Part shown: positions 7,610 to 16,636 of the stretch, in pieces
How positions within the stretch are numbered: position 1 is the first letter of the stretch
How the letters are laid out: the number at the start of each line of letters is the position of its first letter
The notes under the pieces: model-generated
The model's database searches: none
What the model was told of the DNA's origin: nothing
The model's input: the letters and a program-made list of their open reading frames with translations, nothing else
From: Betaproteobacteria bacterium
Lineage (GTDB): Bacteria > Pseudomonadota > Gammaproteobacteria > Burkholderiales > SG8-41
Assembly (NCBI GenBank): GCA_043759115.1
Contig: JAYVME010000327.1
Coordinates: 1-42,234, forward strand
Length of the DNA: 42,234 nucleotides
Direction: 5' to 3'
Position numbers and translations under genes: made by a program

Positions 7610-9877
7610 TCACGCCGCGCTCAATTTCGCGTACTCGAGCGCCAGCCATTTCGTGCCATTGCGGTCGAAATTGACCTGCACGCGCGCATCGCCGCCGCGG
7701 CCTTCGGCATTAACGATTATGCCGGCGCCGAATTTCGGATGCGTAACATTCTGTCCGACGTGCCACGGCGAAGCCGGGTCCGGCGAGCCCGCCTCCCGCA
7801 CAACGGCCGGTTTGTCATAACGCGATGCCGCCGCATAAGCGCCGCGATTTCCGTGCGCCGGCGGCGCGTGCGTGGCATAGGCTCCCGCGCGATTGACGCG
7901 CTTGAGCAGCGCTTCCGGAATCTCGTGAAAAAAACTCGATGCGATGTTGTAGCGCGTCTGCCCGTGCAGCATGCGGCTTTGCGCGAACGACAGATACAGG
8001 CGCCGCCGCGCGCGCGTCAGCGCCACATACATCAGCCGCCGCTCCTCCTCCTTGCCGTCGGCCTCGGACAGGCTGTTCTCGTGCGGAAACAGCCCCTCTT
8101 CGAGTCCGCTGATAAACACGCTGTGGAATTCGAGGCCTTTCGCCGAATGCACGGTCATTAACTGCAACGCATCGGCGCCGGCCTGCGCCTGGTTATTGCC
8201 GGCTTCGAGCGCGGCATGGGCGAGGAACCCGGTGAGGCTCGTGTCATCCTGCGCTTCGTCCGCGATAAAACCCGCCGCGGCATTGATCAGCTCGCCGAGA
8301 TTTTCGAGCCGGTCCGCGCCCTCGCGCTCCTTTTCGTAGTGCTGCTTGAGTCCGCTGTGCACGATCACGTGTTCGATGATTTCGGGCAACGGCAGGCCGT
8401 CGCATGCCGCGCGCATGCTGGCTATTAGCGCCACAAAGCCCGCGATGCCTCGCAAGGATGAAGGCGGAGGGATGAAGGATGAATCCGAATCCGAATCCGA
8501 ATCCGCTTTGTCCTGCTTTCTTTCATCCTTCATCCTTCCGCCTTCCGCCTTCAAGCGCGCCGCCGTCCACAGGCTCGCAACGCGGCTGGTGGCGAGATCC
8601 TGCAGTTGTTCGACCGAGCGGTTGCCGATGCCGCGCGTGGGGAAATTTATGATGCGCAGCAGCGCGCCGTCGTCTTCATCACTCGCCAGCACGCGCAGGT
8701 AAGCGAGCGCGTGCTTGATCTCCTGGCGCTCGAAAAAGCGCAATCCGCCGTAGACGCGGTACGCGATGCCCGCATTGAAGAGGCCGTGCTCGATCACGCG
8801 TGATTGCGCATTCGAACGGTAGAGCAGCGCGATATCCGACAGCCGCAGGCCCTCGTGGTGCAGCGACTTTACCTCGTCGACGATAAAGGCGGCTTCATCG
8901 ATGTCGGTGCCCGCCTCAAAGACGCGCAGCGGCTCGCCCTTGCCTTCCGCGGTCCACAGATTCTTGCCCAGCCGCTTCTTGTTATGATCAATGAGCGCGT
9001 TGGCGGCGTCCAGTATATGGCCGTGCGAGCGATAGTTTTGCTCGAGCTTGATCACTTTTTCGACCGTGAAGTCTTTCTGCAAATCCTGCATGTTCGCGGC
9101 CGAAGCGCCTCTGAAAGCGTAGATCGACTGGTCGTCGTCGCCGACCGCGAATAGCGCATTGTCGCCGCCGGCCAGGAGCCGCAGCCACTGATACTGCAGG
9201 CGGTTGGTGTCCTGGAATTCGTCGACCAGGATATTGCGGAAGCGGCCGCGATAATGGTCGCGCAGAATTTCGTTCTTCGACAGCAATTCATAACAACGCA
9301 GCAGAAGTTCGGCGAAATCGACCACGCCTTCGCGCTGGCATTGCGCGTCGTAAATCGCGTAGAGTTCCTGCAAGCGGCGCGAGAAACCGTCATAGTCGTC
9401 GGCGTCGACCGCGCGTTTGCCGGCGTCTTTGTGGCTGTTGATGTACCACGCGATCTGGCGCGCGGGGAACTTCTCTTCGTCGACGTTGGCGGCCTTCATC
9501 ATCCGTTTGATGAGCGCCAACTGGTCCTGGCTGTCGAGAATCTGAAAGAGCTGCGGCAGCCCGGCCTCCTGAAAATGCGCGCGCAGCATGCGGTTGCACA
9601 GGCCGTGAAAAGTACCGACCCACATGCCGCGCGTATTGATCGGCAGCATCGCGCCGATGCGTGAGAGCATCTCCTTCGCGGCTTTGTTGGTAAAGGTGAC
9701 CGCGAGCAACCCCGCTGGGCTCGCCTGCCCGGTCTGGATCAGCCAGGCCACGCGCGTCGTCAGCACGCGAGTTTTTCCGCTGCCGGCCCCGGCGAGTATC
9801 AGCGCCGACTGGTGCGCAAGTGTGACGGCTTCGAGTTGCGGCTCGTTAAGACCGGATAGGAAGGAGGGCGACGGCAT
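7610..9877 (-). CDS. uvrD: DNA helicase II (UvrD), carrying an in-frame repeat-element insertion
   Basis: LILAGAGSGKTRVLTTR, VTFTNKAAKEM, VDEFQDTN and VHSAKGLEF helicase motifs, plus a UvrD-type C-terminus (GQNVTHPKFGAGIIVN). 755 aa. Confidence 0.95.
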   Translation of the reverse strand: MPSPSFLSGLNEPQLEAVTLAHQSALILAGAGSGKTRVLTTRVAWLIQTGQASPAGLLAVTFTNKAAKEMLSRIGAMLPINTRGMWVGTFHGLCNRMLRAHFQEAGLPQLFQILDSQDQLALIKRMMKAANVDEEKFPARQIAWYINSHKDAGKRAVDADDYDGFSRRLQELYAIYDAQCQREGVVDFAELLLRCYELLSKNEILRDHYRGRFRNILVDEFQDTNRLQYQWLRLLAGGDNALFAVGDDDQSIYAFRGASAANMQDLQKDFTVEKVIKLEQNYRSHGHILDAANALIDHNKKRLGKNLWTAEGKGEPLRVFEAGTDIDEAAFIVDEVKSLHHEGLRLSDIALLYRSNAQSRVIEHGLFNAGIAYRVYGGLRFFERQEIKHALAYLRVLASDEDDGALLRIINFPTRGIGNRSVEQLQDLATSRVASLWTAARLKAEGGRMKDERKQDKADSDSDSDSSFIPPPSSLRGIAGFVALIASMRAACDGLPLPEIIEHVIVHSGLKQHYEKEREGADRLENLGELINAAAGFIADEAQDDTSLTGFLAHAALEAGNNQAQAGADALQLMTVHSAKGLEFHSVFISGLEEGLFPHENSLSEADGKEEERRLMYVALTRARRRLYLSFAQSRMLHGQTRYNIASSFFHEIPEALLKRVNRAGAYATHAPPAHGNRGAYAAASRYDKPAVVREAGSPDPASPWHVGQNVTHPKFGAGIIVNAEGRGGDARVQVNFDRNGTKWLALEYAKLSAA
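8454..8552. repeat. Complete GGATGAA-family inverted-repeat element with a (TCCGAA)3.5 core, inside the uvrD reading frame
   Basis: Left arm aaggatgaaggcggagggatgaaggatgaa (8454-8483). Core tccgaatccgaatccgaatccg (8484-8505). Right arm tttcatccttcatccttccgccttccgccttc (8521-8552). Translated as AEGGRMKDERKQDKADSDSDSDSSFIPPPSSL. Confidence 0.9.
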
Positions 9878-9903
9878 TGAGCGGATTTCGCTGCGACCAT
9901 TTG

Positions 9904-9932
9904 ATTATAGTACAGGGCTCGCAACATGTCGC
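9904..9932 (-). promoter_or_regulatory. Candidate sigma70 promoter of uvrD
   Basis: On the minus strand there is a perfect TATAAT (9909-9904) and GCGACA (9932-9927) with a 17-nt spacer. The -10 box lies 27 nt upstream of the uvrD ATG. Confidence 0.3.
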
Positions 9933-9981
9933 GCGGTAAAGGTCACGGCCAGCGGCCGCCGTGCAAAACGCCGCCGGATTA

Positions 9982-10872
9982 TTACTTCGAAACTTTCGGC
10001 TCGGCAATGCCCATCTGGCCCTTCAATCTGGCGGCCAGCACTTGCGCCTCCTGCTTGCTCGCAAGATTCGAAATGCGCACGCGATACACGGTGCCGGCTT
10101 CGCTTTTCACCGGCCTGATTTCCGCGGCGTAACCGGCGTCGCGTAACTGGTCATACGATGTCAGCGCGGCGTCCTGGGTATTTGCCTCGGCAAGATACAC
10201 GCGCCACTTGCCGCCCCGGCGCATCGCGCCGGCGCCGTTAATGATGTCGGTCTCCAGCGACCATTTGTCGAGTTGCTCCTTCGACACCGGCCCGACCGGT
10301 TCGGCCGGTTTGTCTTTCGGCGCGATATAGAACGACATCGGCTGGTCCATGGTGAACGCTTGCTCCCCGCGCGTGACGTCGACCTTGCCCTCGATCAGGC
10401 ACGCGATGTCGCGCGTCTTGTCGGCCTTGCCCCACAAATCAGTGCCGCGTATGCCGACGGTGATGGTCACAATCCTGACTTTGACGTCGCGCTCGCCGCG
10501 GTACTTGAACTTGGACAGCGCCTGGGTGGTGAAGCGAAACGCGCCGCTTACTACGTCGAGCGACGCAGTGACGACTTCCTTCAGTTTGATTTTTGTCTGG
10601 CCCAGATCGTCGAGCGCGAGGATGCCGTTTTCGCCGAGCTTGATCAGGCTGCCGTCAGCAAGCCGCAGGAGGGCGCGCGCGCCGGGCCCGGTCAGCACGC
10701 GATCTTTGTTGGTAAGCGTCATGCCGACCGCCAGCGCGTCGCGCGCGCCGCTCGCGTGCTCGACCCATGCCGGCGCCTGCACGCCGTCGACCACGATATT
10801 GGGCTTCGCCGCCGGCCATGCACTGCTCGCCGCCAGCATCAGTAACGCCGTCAAAAACGCTTTAATCTTCAT
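9982..10872 (-). CDS. Periplasmic FecR-domain / SPOR-domain protein
   Basis: Signal peptide, FecR-like segment (LRLADGSLIKLGENG) and a C-terminal SPOR-like repeat (WRVYLAEANTQDAALTSYDQLRDAGYAAEIRPV...YRVRISNLASKQEAQVLAARL). Confidence 0.75.
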   Translation of the reverse strand: MKIKAFLTALLMLAASSAWPAAKPNIVVDGVQAPAWVEHASGARDALAVGMTLTNKDRVLTGPGARALLRLADGSLIKLGENGILALDDLGQTKIKLKEVVTASLDVVSGAFRFTTQALSKFKYRGERDVKVRIVTITVGIRGTDLWGKADKTRDIACLIEGKVDVTRGEQAFTMDQPMSFYIAPKDKPAEPVGPVSKEQLDKWSLETDIINGAGAMRRGGKWRVYLAEANTQDAALTSYDQLRDAGYAAEIRPVKSEAGTVYRVRISNLASKQEAQVLAARLKGQMGIAEPKVSK

Positions 10873-10975
10873 TGCAGGCTCCTTGATTTCCGGTTACCCA
10901 TGCCGATACGCCGGCTGAGGGTTTTCGGATGTGGTGCGGGTATAATTCGCGTCTTTGCCGTAACCGTAGGCCGGT

Positions 10976-13552
10976 ATGCAGAATAAGTACAACCCTCACG
11001 TAATCGAGCGCGCAGCCCAGCGATACTGGACGGAGCAGCGCTCGTTTCGCGCTATCGAGACGCCCGGCAAACGCAAATATTACTGCCTGTCCATGTTCCC
11101 CTATCCGTCCGGCAAGCTGCATATGGGGCACGTGCGAAACTATACCATAGGCGATGCACTTTCCCGCTACCACCGCATGCGCGGCTTTAACGTGCTGCAG
11201 CCCATGGGGTGGGACGCCTTCGGACTGCCGGCCGAAAATGCGGCGATCGCCAATCGCGTGCCGCCGGCGCAGTGGACCTACGACAACATCGCGTACATGA
11301 AAAAGCAACTGGTCTCGCTCGGTTTTGCGATTGACTGGGAGCGCGAGCTCGCGACCTGCAAGCCCGATTACTACCGCTGGAACCAGTGGCTGTTCCTGCG
11401 CATGCTCGAAAAAGGCCTCGTCTACAAGAAAACCGGCACGGTGAACTGGGACCCCGTTGACCAGACCGTGCTCGCCAACGAACAGGTGATTGACGGCCGC
11501 GGCTGGCGCACCGGCGCGCAGGTCGAAAAGCGCGAGATCCCGATGTACTACATGGCGATCACAAAATACGCCGAAGAACTGCTGGCCGCGCTCGAGCGGC
11601 TTCCGGGCTGGCCCGAACGCGTGAAGACGATGCAGGCCAACTGGATCGGCAAGAGTGTCGGCGTGCGCTTCGCGTTTCCGTACACGCTCGACGGCAAGGA
11701 TGAAAAGTTGTGGGTGTTCACCACACGTGCGGACACCATCATGGGAGTCACGTTCTGCGCGGTCGCCGCCGAACACCCGCTGGCGACTTATGCCGCAAAG
11801 AAGGATCCGGAACTTGCGGCATTCATCGACGAATGCAAGCGCGGCAGCGTGATCGAAGCCGATTTCGCCACCATGGAAAAGAAAGGCATGCGAACCGATA
11901 TCTTCGTCATGCATCCGCTGACCGGCGAAAAAATTGAAGTGTGGATCGGCAACTACGTATTGATGAGTTACGGGGACGGCGCGGTGATGGGTGTGCCTGG
12001 CCACGACGAGCGCGACTTTGCATTCGCAAAAAAGTACGGACTGGCGGTCAAGCCGGTGGTCGACGTCAAGGCAAAGGACTATTCGACCGACGCCTGGCAG
12101 CCGTGGTACGCCGAACACGGCGCTTGCGTGCATTCGGGCAAGTACGACGGGCTCGATTATGACGCCGCGGTGAACTTCATCGCCGCCGATCTCGCCGCCA
12201 AAAATCTGGGGGAAAAGCAGGTCATGTGGCGCTTGCGTGACTGGGGCATCTCGCGCCAGCGCTACTGGGGCACGCCGATCCCGCTGATTCACTGTGCGGC
12301 GTGCGGCGACGTGCCGGTGCCCGACGACCAGCTCCCCGTCATTCTCCCCGAGGACTGCGTGCCCGACGGCAGCGGCAATCCGCTCGCGAAGCGCGCCGAC
12401 TTCGTCAATTGCACCTGCCCGCGGTGCGGCCAGCCCGCGCAACGCGAAACCGATACGATGGATACGTTCGTCGACTCGTCGTGGTACTACACACGTTTCG
12501 CCTGCGCCGACCAGAAAAATGCGATGGTCGACGACCGCGTCAATTACTGGCTGCCAGTCGACCAGTACATCGGCGGCATCGAGCACGCGATTTTGCACCT
12601 CCTCTACTCACGCTTCTGGACCAAGGTGATGCGTGACCTCGGTCTCATACAACTCGACGAACCGTTCGCCAGACTGCTGACACAAGGCATGGTGCTCAAC
12701 GAAATCTTCTTTCGCAAGCCCGACGCCGGCCGCATCGCTTATTACAATCCCACCGAAGTCGAAATCGAGGTTGATGCCAGCGGCAAACGCACCGGCACGA
12801 AACTCAAGGCCGACGGCCGGCCGGTCGAATCCGACGGCATCGGCACCATGTCGAAATCAAAAAACAACGGCGTCGATCCGCAATCGCTGATCGAAGAATA
12901 CGGCGCCGACACCGCGCGGTTGTTCATGATGTTCGCCAGTTCGCCGGAAGATACTCTGCTATGGAACGACGCCGGCGTCGAAGGCGCGTCGCGGTTTCTC
13001 AAGCGGTTGTGGAATTACGGCGTAAAATTCAAGACGGGTGGCGATGCAACGAGCGTCCCCCATTTGCGGAGAATCGCGCGTTTCGAAATCCATTCCGTGC
13101 TCAAGCAGGCCAATCACGACATGGCCAGGCACCAGTTCAATACAGTAGCCTCCGCGGCAATGAAAATATTGAATGCGCTTGAGCGAATGGAGGGCGTGGC
13201 AAACGACATTGCCAAAGAAGGTCTCGGGATCTTGCTGCGCGTGCTTTACCCGATCACGCCGCATATAACCCACGAACTGTGGAAGGAGCTTGAGTTTGAG
13301 CGGCAATGGGGAGACATTCTTTCGGCGGGCTGGCCGGAAGTCGACGAGACCGCCCTGATACAAGATGAAATCGAGCTGGTCCTGCAAGTCAACGGCAAAC
13401 TGCGCGGCAACATGCGCGTCGCCAAAGACGCCGGCCGCGCCGAGATCGAACGGCTTGCAATGCAAAACGCCAACGTGCAAAAGCACATCGACGGCCAGCC
13501 GGTGAAGAAGGTCGTGGTCGTTCCCGGCCGGCTGGTGAACGTGGTAGTGTGA
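10976..13552 (+). CDS. leuS: Leucine--tRNA ligase
   Basis: 858 aa with a HIGH-type motif ([13 protein letters not shown]) and KMSKS ([10 protein letters not shown]). Confidence 0.98.
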   Translation: MQNKYNPHVIERAAQRYWTEQRSFRAIETPGKRKYYCLSMFPYPSGKLHMGHVRNYTIGDALSRYHRMRGFNVLQPMGWDAFGLPAENAAIANRVPPAQWTYDNIAYMKKQLVSLGFAIDWERELATCKPDYYRWNQWLFLRMLEKGLVYKKTGTVNWDPVDQTVLANEQVIDGRGWRTGAQVEKREIPMYYMAITKYAEELLAALERLPGWPERVKTMQANWIGKSVGVRFAFPYTLDGKDEKLWVFTTRADTIMGVTFCAVAAEHPLATYAAKKDPELAAFIDECKRGSVIEADFATMEKKGMRTDIFVMHPLTGEKIEVWIGNYVLMSYGDGAVMGVPGHDERDFAFAKKYGLAVKPVVDVKAKDYSTDAWQPWYAEHGACVHSGKYDGLDYDAAVNFIAADLAAKNLGEKQVMWRLRDWGISRQRYWGTPIPLIHCAACGDVPVPDDQLPVILPEDCVPDGSGNPLAKRADFVNCTCPRCGQPAQRETDTMDTFVDSSWYYTRFACADQKNAMVDDRVNYWLPVDQYIGGIEHAILHLLYSRFWTKVMRDLGLIQLDEPFARLLTQGMVLNEIFFRKPDAGRIAYYNPTEVEIEVDASGKRTGTKLKADGRPVESDGIGTMSKSKNNGVDPQSLIEEYGADTARLFMMFASSPEDTLLWNDAGVEGASRFLKRLWNYGVKFKTGGDATSVPHLRRIARFEIHSVLKQANHDMARHQFNTVASAAMKILNALERMEGVANDIAKEGLGILLRVLYPITPHITHELWKELEFERQWGDILSAGWPEVDETALIQDEIELVLQVNGKLRGNMRVAKDAGRAEIERLAMQNANVQKHIDGQPVKKVVVVPGRLVNVVV

Positions 13553-13560
13553 TGATGTTT

Positions 13561-13663
13561 AAGGATGAAGGCGGAAGGATGAAGGATGAATAACATAGAC
13601 AAGCCGAAATCTTTAGAGAAAATTGTTTTTTCATTCATCCTTCATCCCTCATCCTTCATCCTT
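13561..13663. repeat. GGATGAA-family inverted-repeat element at the leuS-lptE junction
   Basis: Left arm aaggatgaaggcggaaggatgaaggatgaa (13561-13590). Right arm ttcattcatccttcatccctcatccttcatcctt (13630-13663). It starts 9 nt after the leuS stop and overlaps the 5' end of the lptE ORF. Confidence 0.9.
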
Positions 13664-14125
13664 GTGGCGGCAGCCTTATTGCTCTCCTCCTGCGGCTTTC
13701 ATCTGCGCGGCCAGGCCGCGTTGCCGTACGAGTCGATGTACATCAGCGGTTCGCCGTCGTTCGCCACCCAAATTTCGCGCGCGGTGCGCGCCGGCAGCAC
13801 AACGCGCATTACGAACAATCCCAAGGACGCGGAGGTCACCCTGCAGATTCTGAGCGAGGCGCGCGAGCGCTCGATACTGTCGCTTTCGTCTAACGGACGC
13901 GTGCAGGAACTGCAAATTCGCTATCGTGTTTCATTCCGCGTCTTCGACAAGAATAGCCGCGAATACGTCGCGCCAAACGAAATTCTGCTCAAGCGCGACT
14001 TGCTCTACAGAGATACCGACGTGCTCGGCAAGGAGCAGGAAGAGGCGCTGCTCTACCGCGACATGCAGAACGACGCGGTGCAGCAGGTGGTGCGCCGCCT
14101 GCAGGTCGCTCGGATTGAACCCTGA
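13586..14125 (+). CDS. lptE: LPS-assembly lipoprotein LptE (start codon uncertain)
   Basis: Lipobox LLSSC followed by GFHLRG, in the conserved leuS-lptE-holA order. The ATG at 13586 and the first 26 codons lie inside the repeat element; the in-frame GTG at 13664 is an alternative start. Confidence 0.85.
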   Translation: MNNIDKPKSLEKIVFSFILHPSSFILVAAALLLSSCGFHLRGQAALPYESMYISGSPSFATQISRAVRAGSTTRITNNPKDAEVTLQILSEARERSILSLSSNGRVQELQIRYRVSFRVFDKNSREYVAPNEILLKRDLLYRDTDVLGKEQEEALLYRDMQNDAVQQVVRRLQVARIEP

Positions 14126-14128
14126 TTG

Positions 14129-14187
14129 AACCGCCAAGATTCTTTTCCATACCTCCTTGAGAGGTATGGAAAAGAATCTTGGCGGTT
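14129..14187. repeat. Perfect 27-bp stem / 5-nt loop hairpin between lptE and holA
   Basis: aaccgccaagattcttttccatacctc cttga gaggtatggaaaagaatcttggcggtt. There is no downstream U-tract. It ends 7 nt before the holA ATG. Confidence 0.9.
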
Positions 14188-14193
14188 AACTTC

Positions 14194-15213
14194 ATGCGCA
14201 TTTCCACCGAACAACTCCCCCAGCATCTGAAGCGCGGGCTCGCGCCGCTGTACATCGTCTACGGTGACGAGCCGCTGTTGGCACTCGAAGCCGCCGACCG
14301 CATCCGCGCGACGGCGCGCGCAGACGGCCACCTTGAGCGCGAAGTACTGACCGCCGAACAACACTTTGACTGGTCGCAATTGCGCATCAGCAGCCAGTCG
14401 CAATCGCTGTTTGCCGCGCGCCGCATACTTGAATTGCGCATACCCAACGGCAAACCCGGCAACGACGGCAGCCAGGCATTACAGGAATATTGCGCGCAGT
14501 TGCCGGCCGACACTCTCACGCTGATCCTGCTGCCGGAGATCGATTGGCGCGCGCAAAAAGGCGCCTGGTTCGGCGCGCTCGACGCAGCCGGACTGATGAT
14601 CGAGGCCGCCCAAGTCAAGCGCGACAAGCTGCCTGCGTGGCTGGCGGGCCGGCTCAAAACGCAGGACCAATCCGCCGCTGCGGACACGCTCGAATTCATT
14701 GCCGATAAAGTCGAGGGCAACCTGCTCGCGGCCTATCAGGAGGTGCAGAAGCTCGCGTTGCTGTTTGCGCCCGGCGCGCTGTCGTTTGACCAGATCAAGG
14801 AAGCGGTGCTCGATGTCGCCCGCTTCGACGTGTTCGATCTGGGCGACATCGCGCTCTCCGGTGACGTGCAGCATCTTGTACGCGTGCTCGACGGGTTGCA
14901 AGGCGAAGGCGCTGCGGCGCCGCTGGTGTTATGGTCGATCACCGAGGAAATCCGCGCCGTCGGCCGCGTGCTGGCGGGGCTCGCCGCCGGCCGGCCGCTG
15001 CCGCAGGCGATGCGCGACGCGCGCATCTGGGGCCCGCGCCAGAATCTGATTCAGCAGCATATCAACCGCTGCACGCCGGAGCGAATCGAAGCCGCCCTCG
15101 TGCACGCGGCGCGCATCGACCGCATGATCAAGGGTCTCGCGCGCGGTGACGTGTGGGACGAATTGCTGCAACTCGGGCTGCGCTTTTCCCGCAAGCCCGC
15201 CAAGGCCGCGTAG
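14194..15213 (+). CDS. holA: DNA polymerase III subunit delta
   Basis: LYIVYGDEPLL N-terminus, correct length and conserved position after lptE. The ATG at 14194 is preferred over the TTG at 14179, which lies within the hairpin arm. Confidence 0.88.
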   Translation: MRISTEQLPQHLKRGLAPLYIVYGDEPLLALEAADRIRATARADGHLEREVLTAEQHFDWSQLRISSQSQSLFAARRILELRIPNGKPGNDGSQALQEYCAQLPADTLTLILLPEIDWRAQKGAWFGALDAAGLMIEAAQVKRDKLPAWLAGRLKTQDQSAAADTLEFIADKVEGNLLAAYQEVQKLALLFAPGALSFDQIKEAVLDVARFDVFDLGDIALSGDVQHLVRVLDGLQGEGAAAPLVLWSITEEIRAVGRVLAGLAAGRPLPQAMRDARIWGPRQNLIQQHINRCTPERIEAALVHAARIDRMIKGLARGDVWDELLQLGLRFSRKPAKAA

Positions 15214-15235
15214 AAACACGCTATCATTGATTTTT

Positions 15236-15309
15236 AGGATTGAGGATCGAGGAGTGAGGATCGAGTAAGGTTCTACTGAGCTCCATCCCGATCCTCGATC
15301 CTCAATCCT
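15236..15309. repeat. AGGATYG-heptamer inverted-repeat element between holA and proA
   Basis: aggattgaggatcgaggagtgaggatcgag (15236-15265) ... ccgatcctcgatcctcaatcct (15288-15309). The first 18 nt of the left arm are perfectly complementary to the last 18 nt of the right arm. Confidence 0.85.
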
Positions 15310-15320
15310 GTATTTCATCC

Positions 15321-16577
15321 ATGGACATCCAAAGCTACATGACAGGGATCGGCAAACAAGCGCGGGCCGCGTCACGCCTGGTCGCCAAAGCCGACACCGC
15401 CACCAAGAACAAGGCGTTGACGCTCACCGCGCAGGCAATCGAGCGCAATATCAAGCGCCTGCTCGCCGCGAACGCCGAGGACCTCGACGCGGCGCGCGCG
15501 AAAAAACTCGAGCCGCCGCTGATCGATCGTCTGACGCTGACCGCCCACAGCATCGCCGACATGGCCGACGGGCTGCGCCAGATTGCCAGCCTGCCCGACC
15601 CGATCGGTGAAATCAGCGAACTCAAAGAGCAGCCCTCCGGCATCAAGGTCGGCCGCATGCGCGTGCCGCTGGGCGTGATCGCCATCATTTACGAATCGCG
15701 GCCCAACGTCACTGCGGATGCGGCCGGACTGTGCCTCAAAGCGGGCAACGCCTGCATCCTGCGCGGCGGCTCGGAAGCGATTAATTCCAATCAGGCCATC
15801 GCCGCCTGCGTCCATGCCGGACTCGAAGACGCCGGCCTGCCCGCGACCGCGGCGCAGGTCATAGCAACCACTGATCGCGCGGCGGTGGGCGAACTCCTGC
15901 GCATGAATGAATACGTGGACATCGTCGTGCCGCGCGGCGGCAAAGGATTGATCGAGCGCGTGATGCGGGAGTCACGCATCCCGATGATCAAGCACCTGGA
16001 CGGCGTGTGCCACGTCTACGTCGATGACAAAGCGGACATCGACAAGGCGATCCGCATCGCGGACAACGCCAAGACGCAACGCCTGGGCACCTGCAATACG
16101 ATGGAAACGCTGCTCGTCGCGCGCGGCATCGCCGGCCGTGTGCTGCCGCCGCTCGCGCAGATCTACCGGGACAAAGGCATCGAGCTGCGCGGCGACGAGG
16201 CGGCGCGTAAAATTGTGCCGGGAATGAAACCCGCGACCGAGGAAGACTGGACTACCGAATATCTTGCCGCCATCCTCGCCGTGCGCGTGGTCGACGGACT
16301 CGAGCAGGCGATCGAGCATATTGCCCGCTACGGTTCGCAACACACCGATGCTATCGTGACGGAAGACGAGGCCCGCGCCAGTCGCTTTTTGCGCGAAGTC
16401 GATTCAAGTTCCGTGATCGTCAACGCGTCAACGCGCTTCGCCGACGGCTACGAATACGGGCTGGGCGCCGAAATCGGCATCTCGACCGACAAGCTGCACG
16501 CGCGCGGCCCGGTGGGGCTCGAAGGACTGACGTCGCTGAAATGGATTGTTTTCGGCGACGGCGAAATCAGAGAATAG
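15321..16577 (+). CDS. proA: Gamma-glutamyl phosphate reductase
   Basis: 418 aa aldehyde-dehydrogenase-fold ProA ([25 protein letters not shown]). Confidence 0.95.
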   Translation: MDIQSYMTGIGKQARAASRLVAKADTATKNKALTLTAQAIERNIKRLLAANAEDLDAARAKKLEPPLIDRLTLTAHSIADMADGLRQIASLPDPIGEISELKEQPSGIKVGRMRVPLGVIAIIYESRPNVTADAAGLCLKAGNACILRGGSEAINSNQAIAACVHAGLEDAGLPATAAQVIATTDRAAVGELLRMNEYVDIVVPRGGKGLIERVMRESRIPMIKHLDGVCHVYVDDKADIDKAIRIADNAKTQRLGTCNTMETLLVARGIAGRVLPPLAQIYRDKGIELRGDEAARKIVPGMKPATEEDWTTEYLAAILAVRVVDGLEQAIEHIARYGSQHTDAIVTEDEARASRFLREVDSSSVIVNASTRFADGYEYGLGAEIGISTDKLHARGPVGLEGLTSLKWIVFGDGEIRE

Positions 16578-16636
16578 TCACTAAATAATTACAATAATTA
16601 CCGCTCGTCGGAGGCAACGTTTTTGCCGCGTAACGG

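Noticed and set aside
3626-8552. Possibility that polA and uvrD are pseudogenes disrupted by repeat insertions.
   Set aside because: Both reading frames stay open through the elements. All catalytic motifs are intact on both sides, and the inserted lengths keep the frame.
9896-9915. Possible LexA/SOS box in the uvrD promoter (tttgattatagtacag).
   Set aside because: Only one half-site (ACAG) fits the CTGT-N8-ACAG pattern; the other half reads TTTG. This is not enough to call an SOS box.
10941-10946. Perfect TATAAT 30 nt upstream of the leuS ATG as a promoter.
   Set aside because: I could not find an acceptable -35 hexamer at 16-18 nt spacing (agggtt or gagggt) or a TG extension, so it is not reported as a feature.
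14129-14187. The 27-bp hairpin as a rho-independent terminator of lptE.
   Set aside because: No T/U tract follows the stem on either strand, and holA starts 7 nt downstream and is normally co-transcribed. It is kept as a repeat or regulatory hairpin instead.
3626-15309. Possibility that the short periodic repeats (GGATGAA, AGGATYG, CGCCTCA) are a CRISPR array or fragments of one.
   Set aside because: The units are 7 nt, directly tandem and without spacers. They are organised as complementary arm pairs at dispersed loci, and no cas genes are present in the window.
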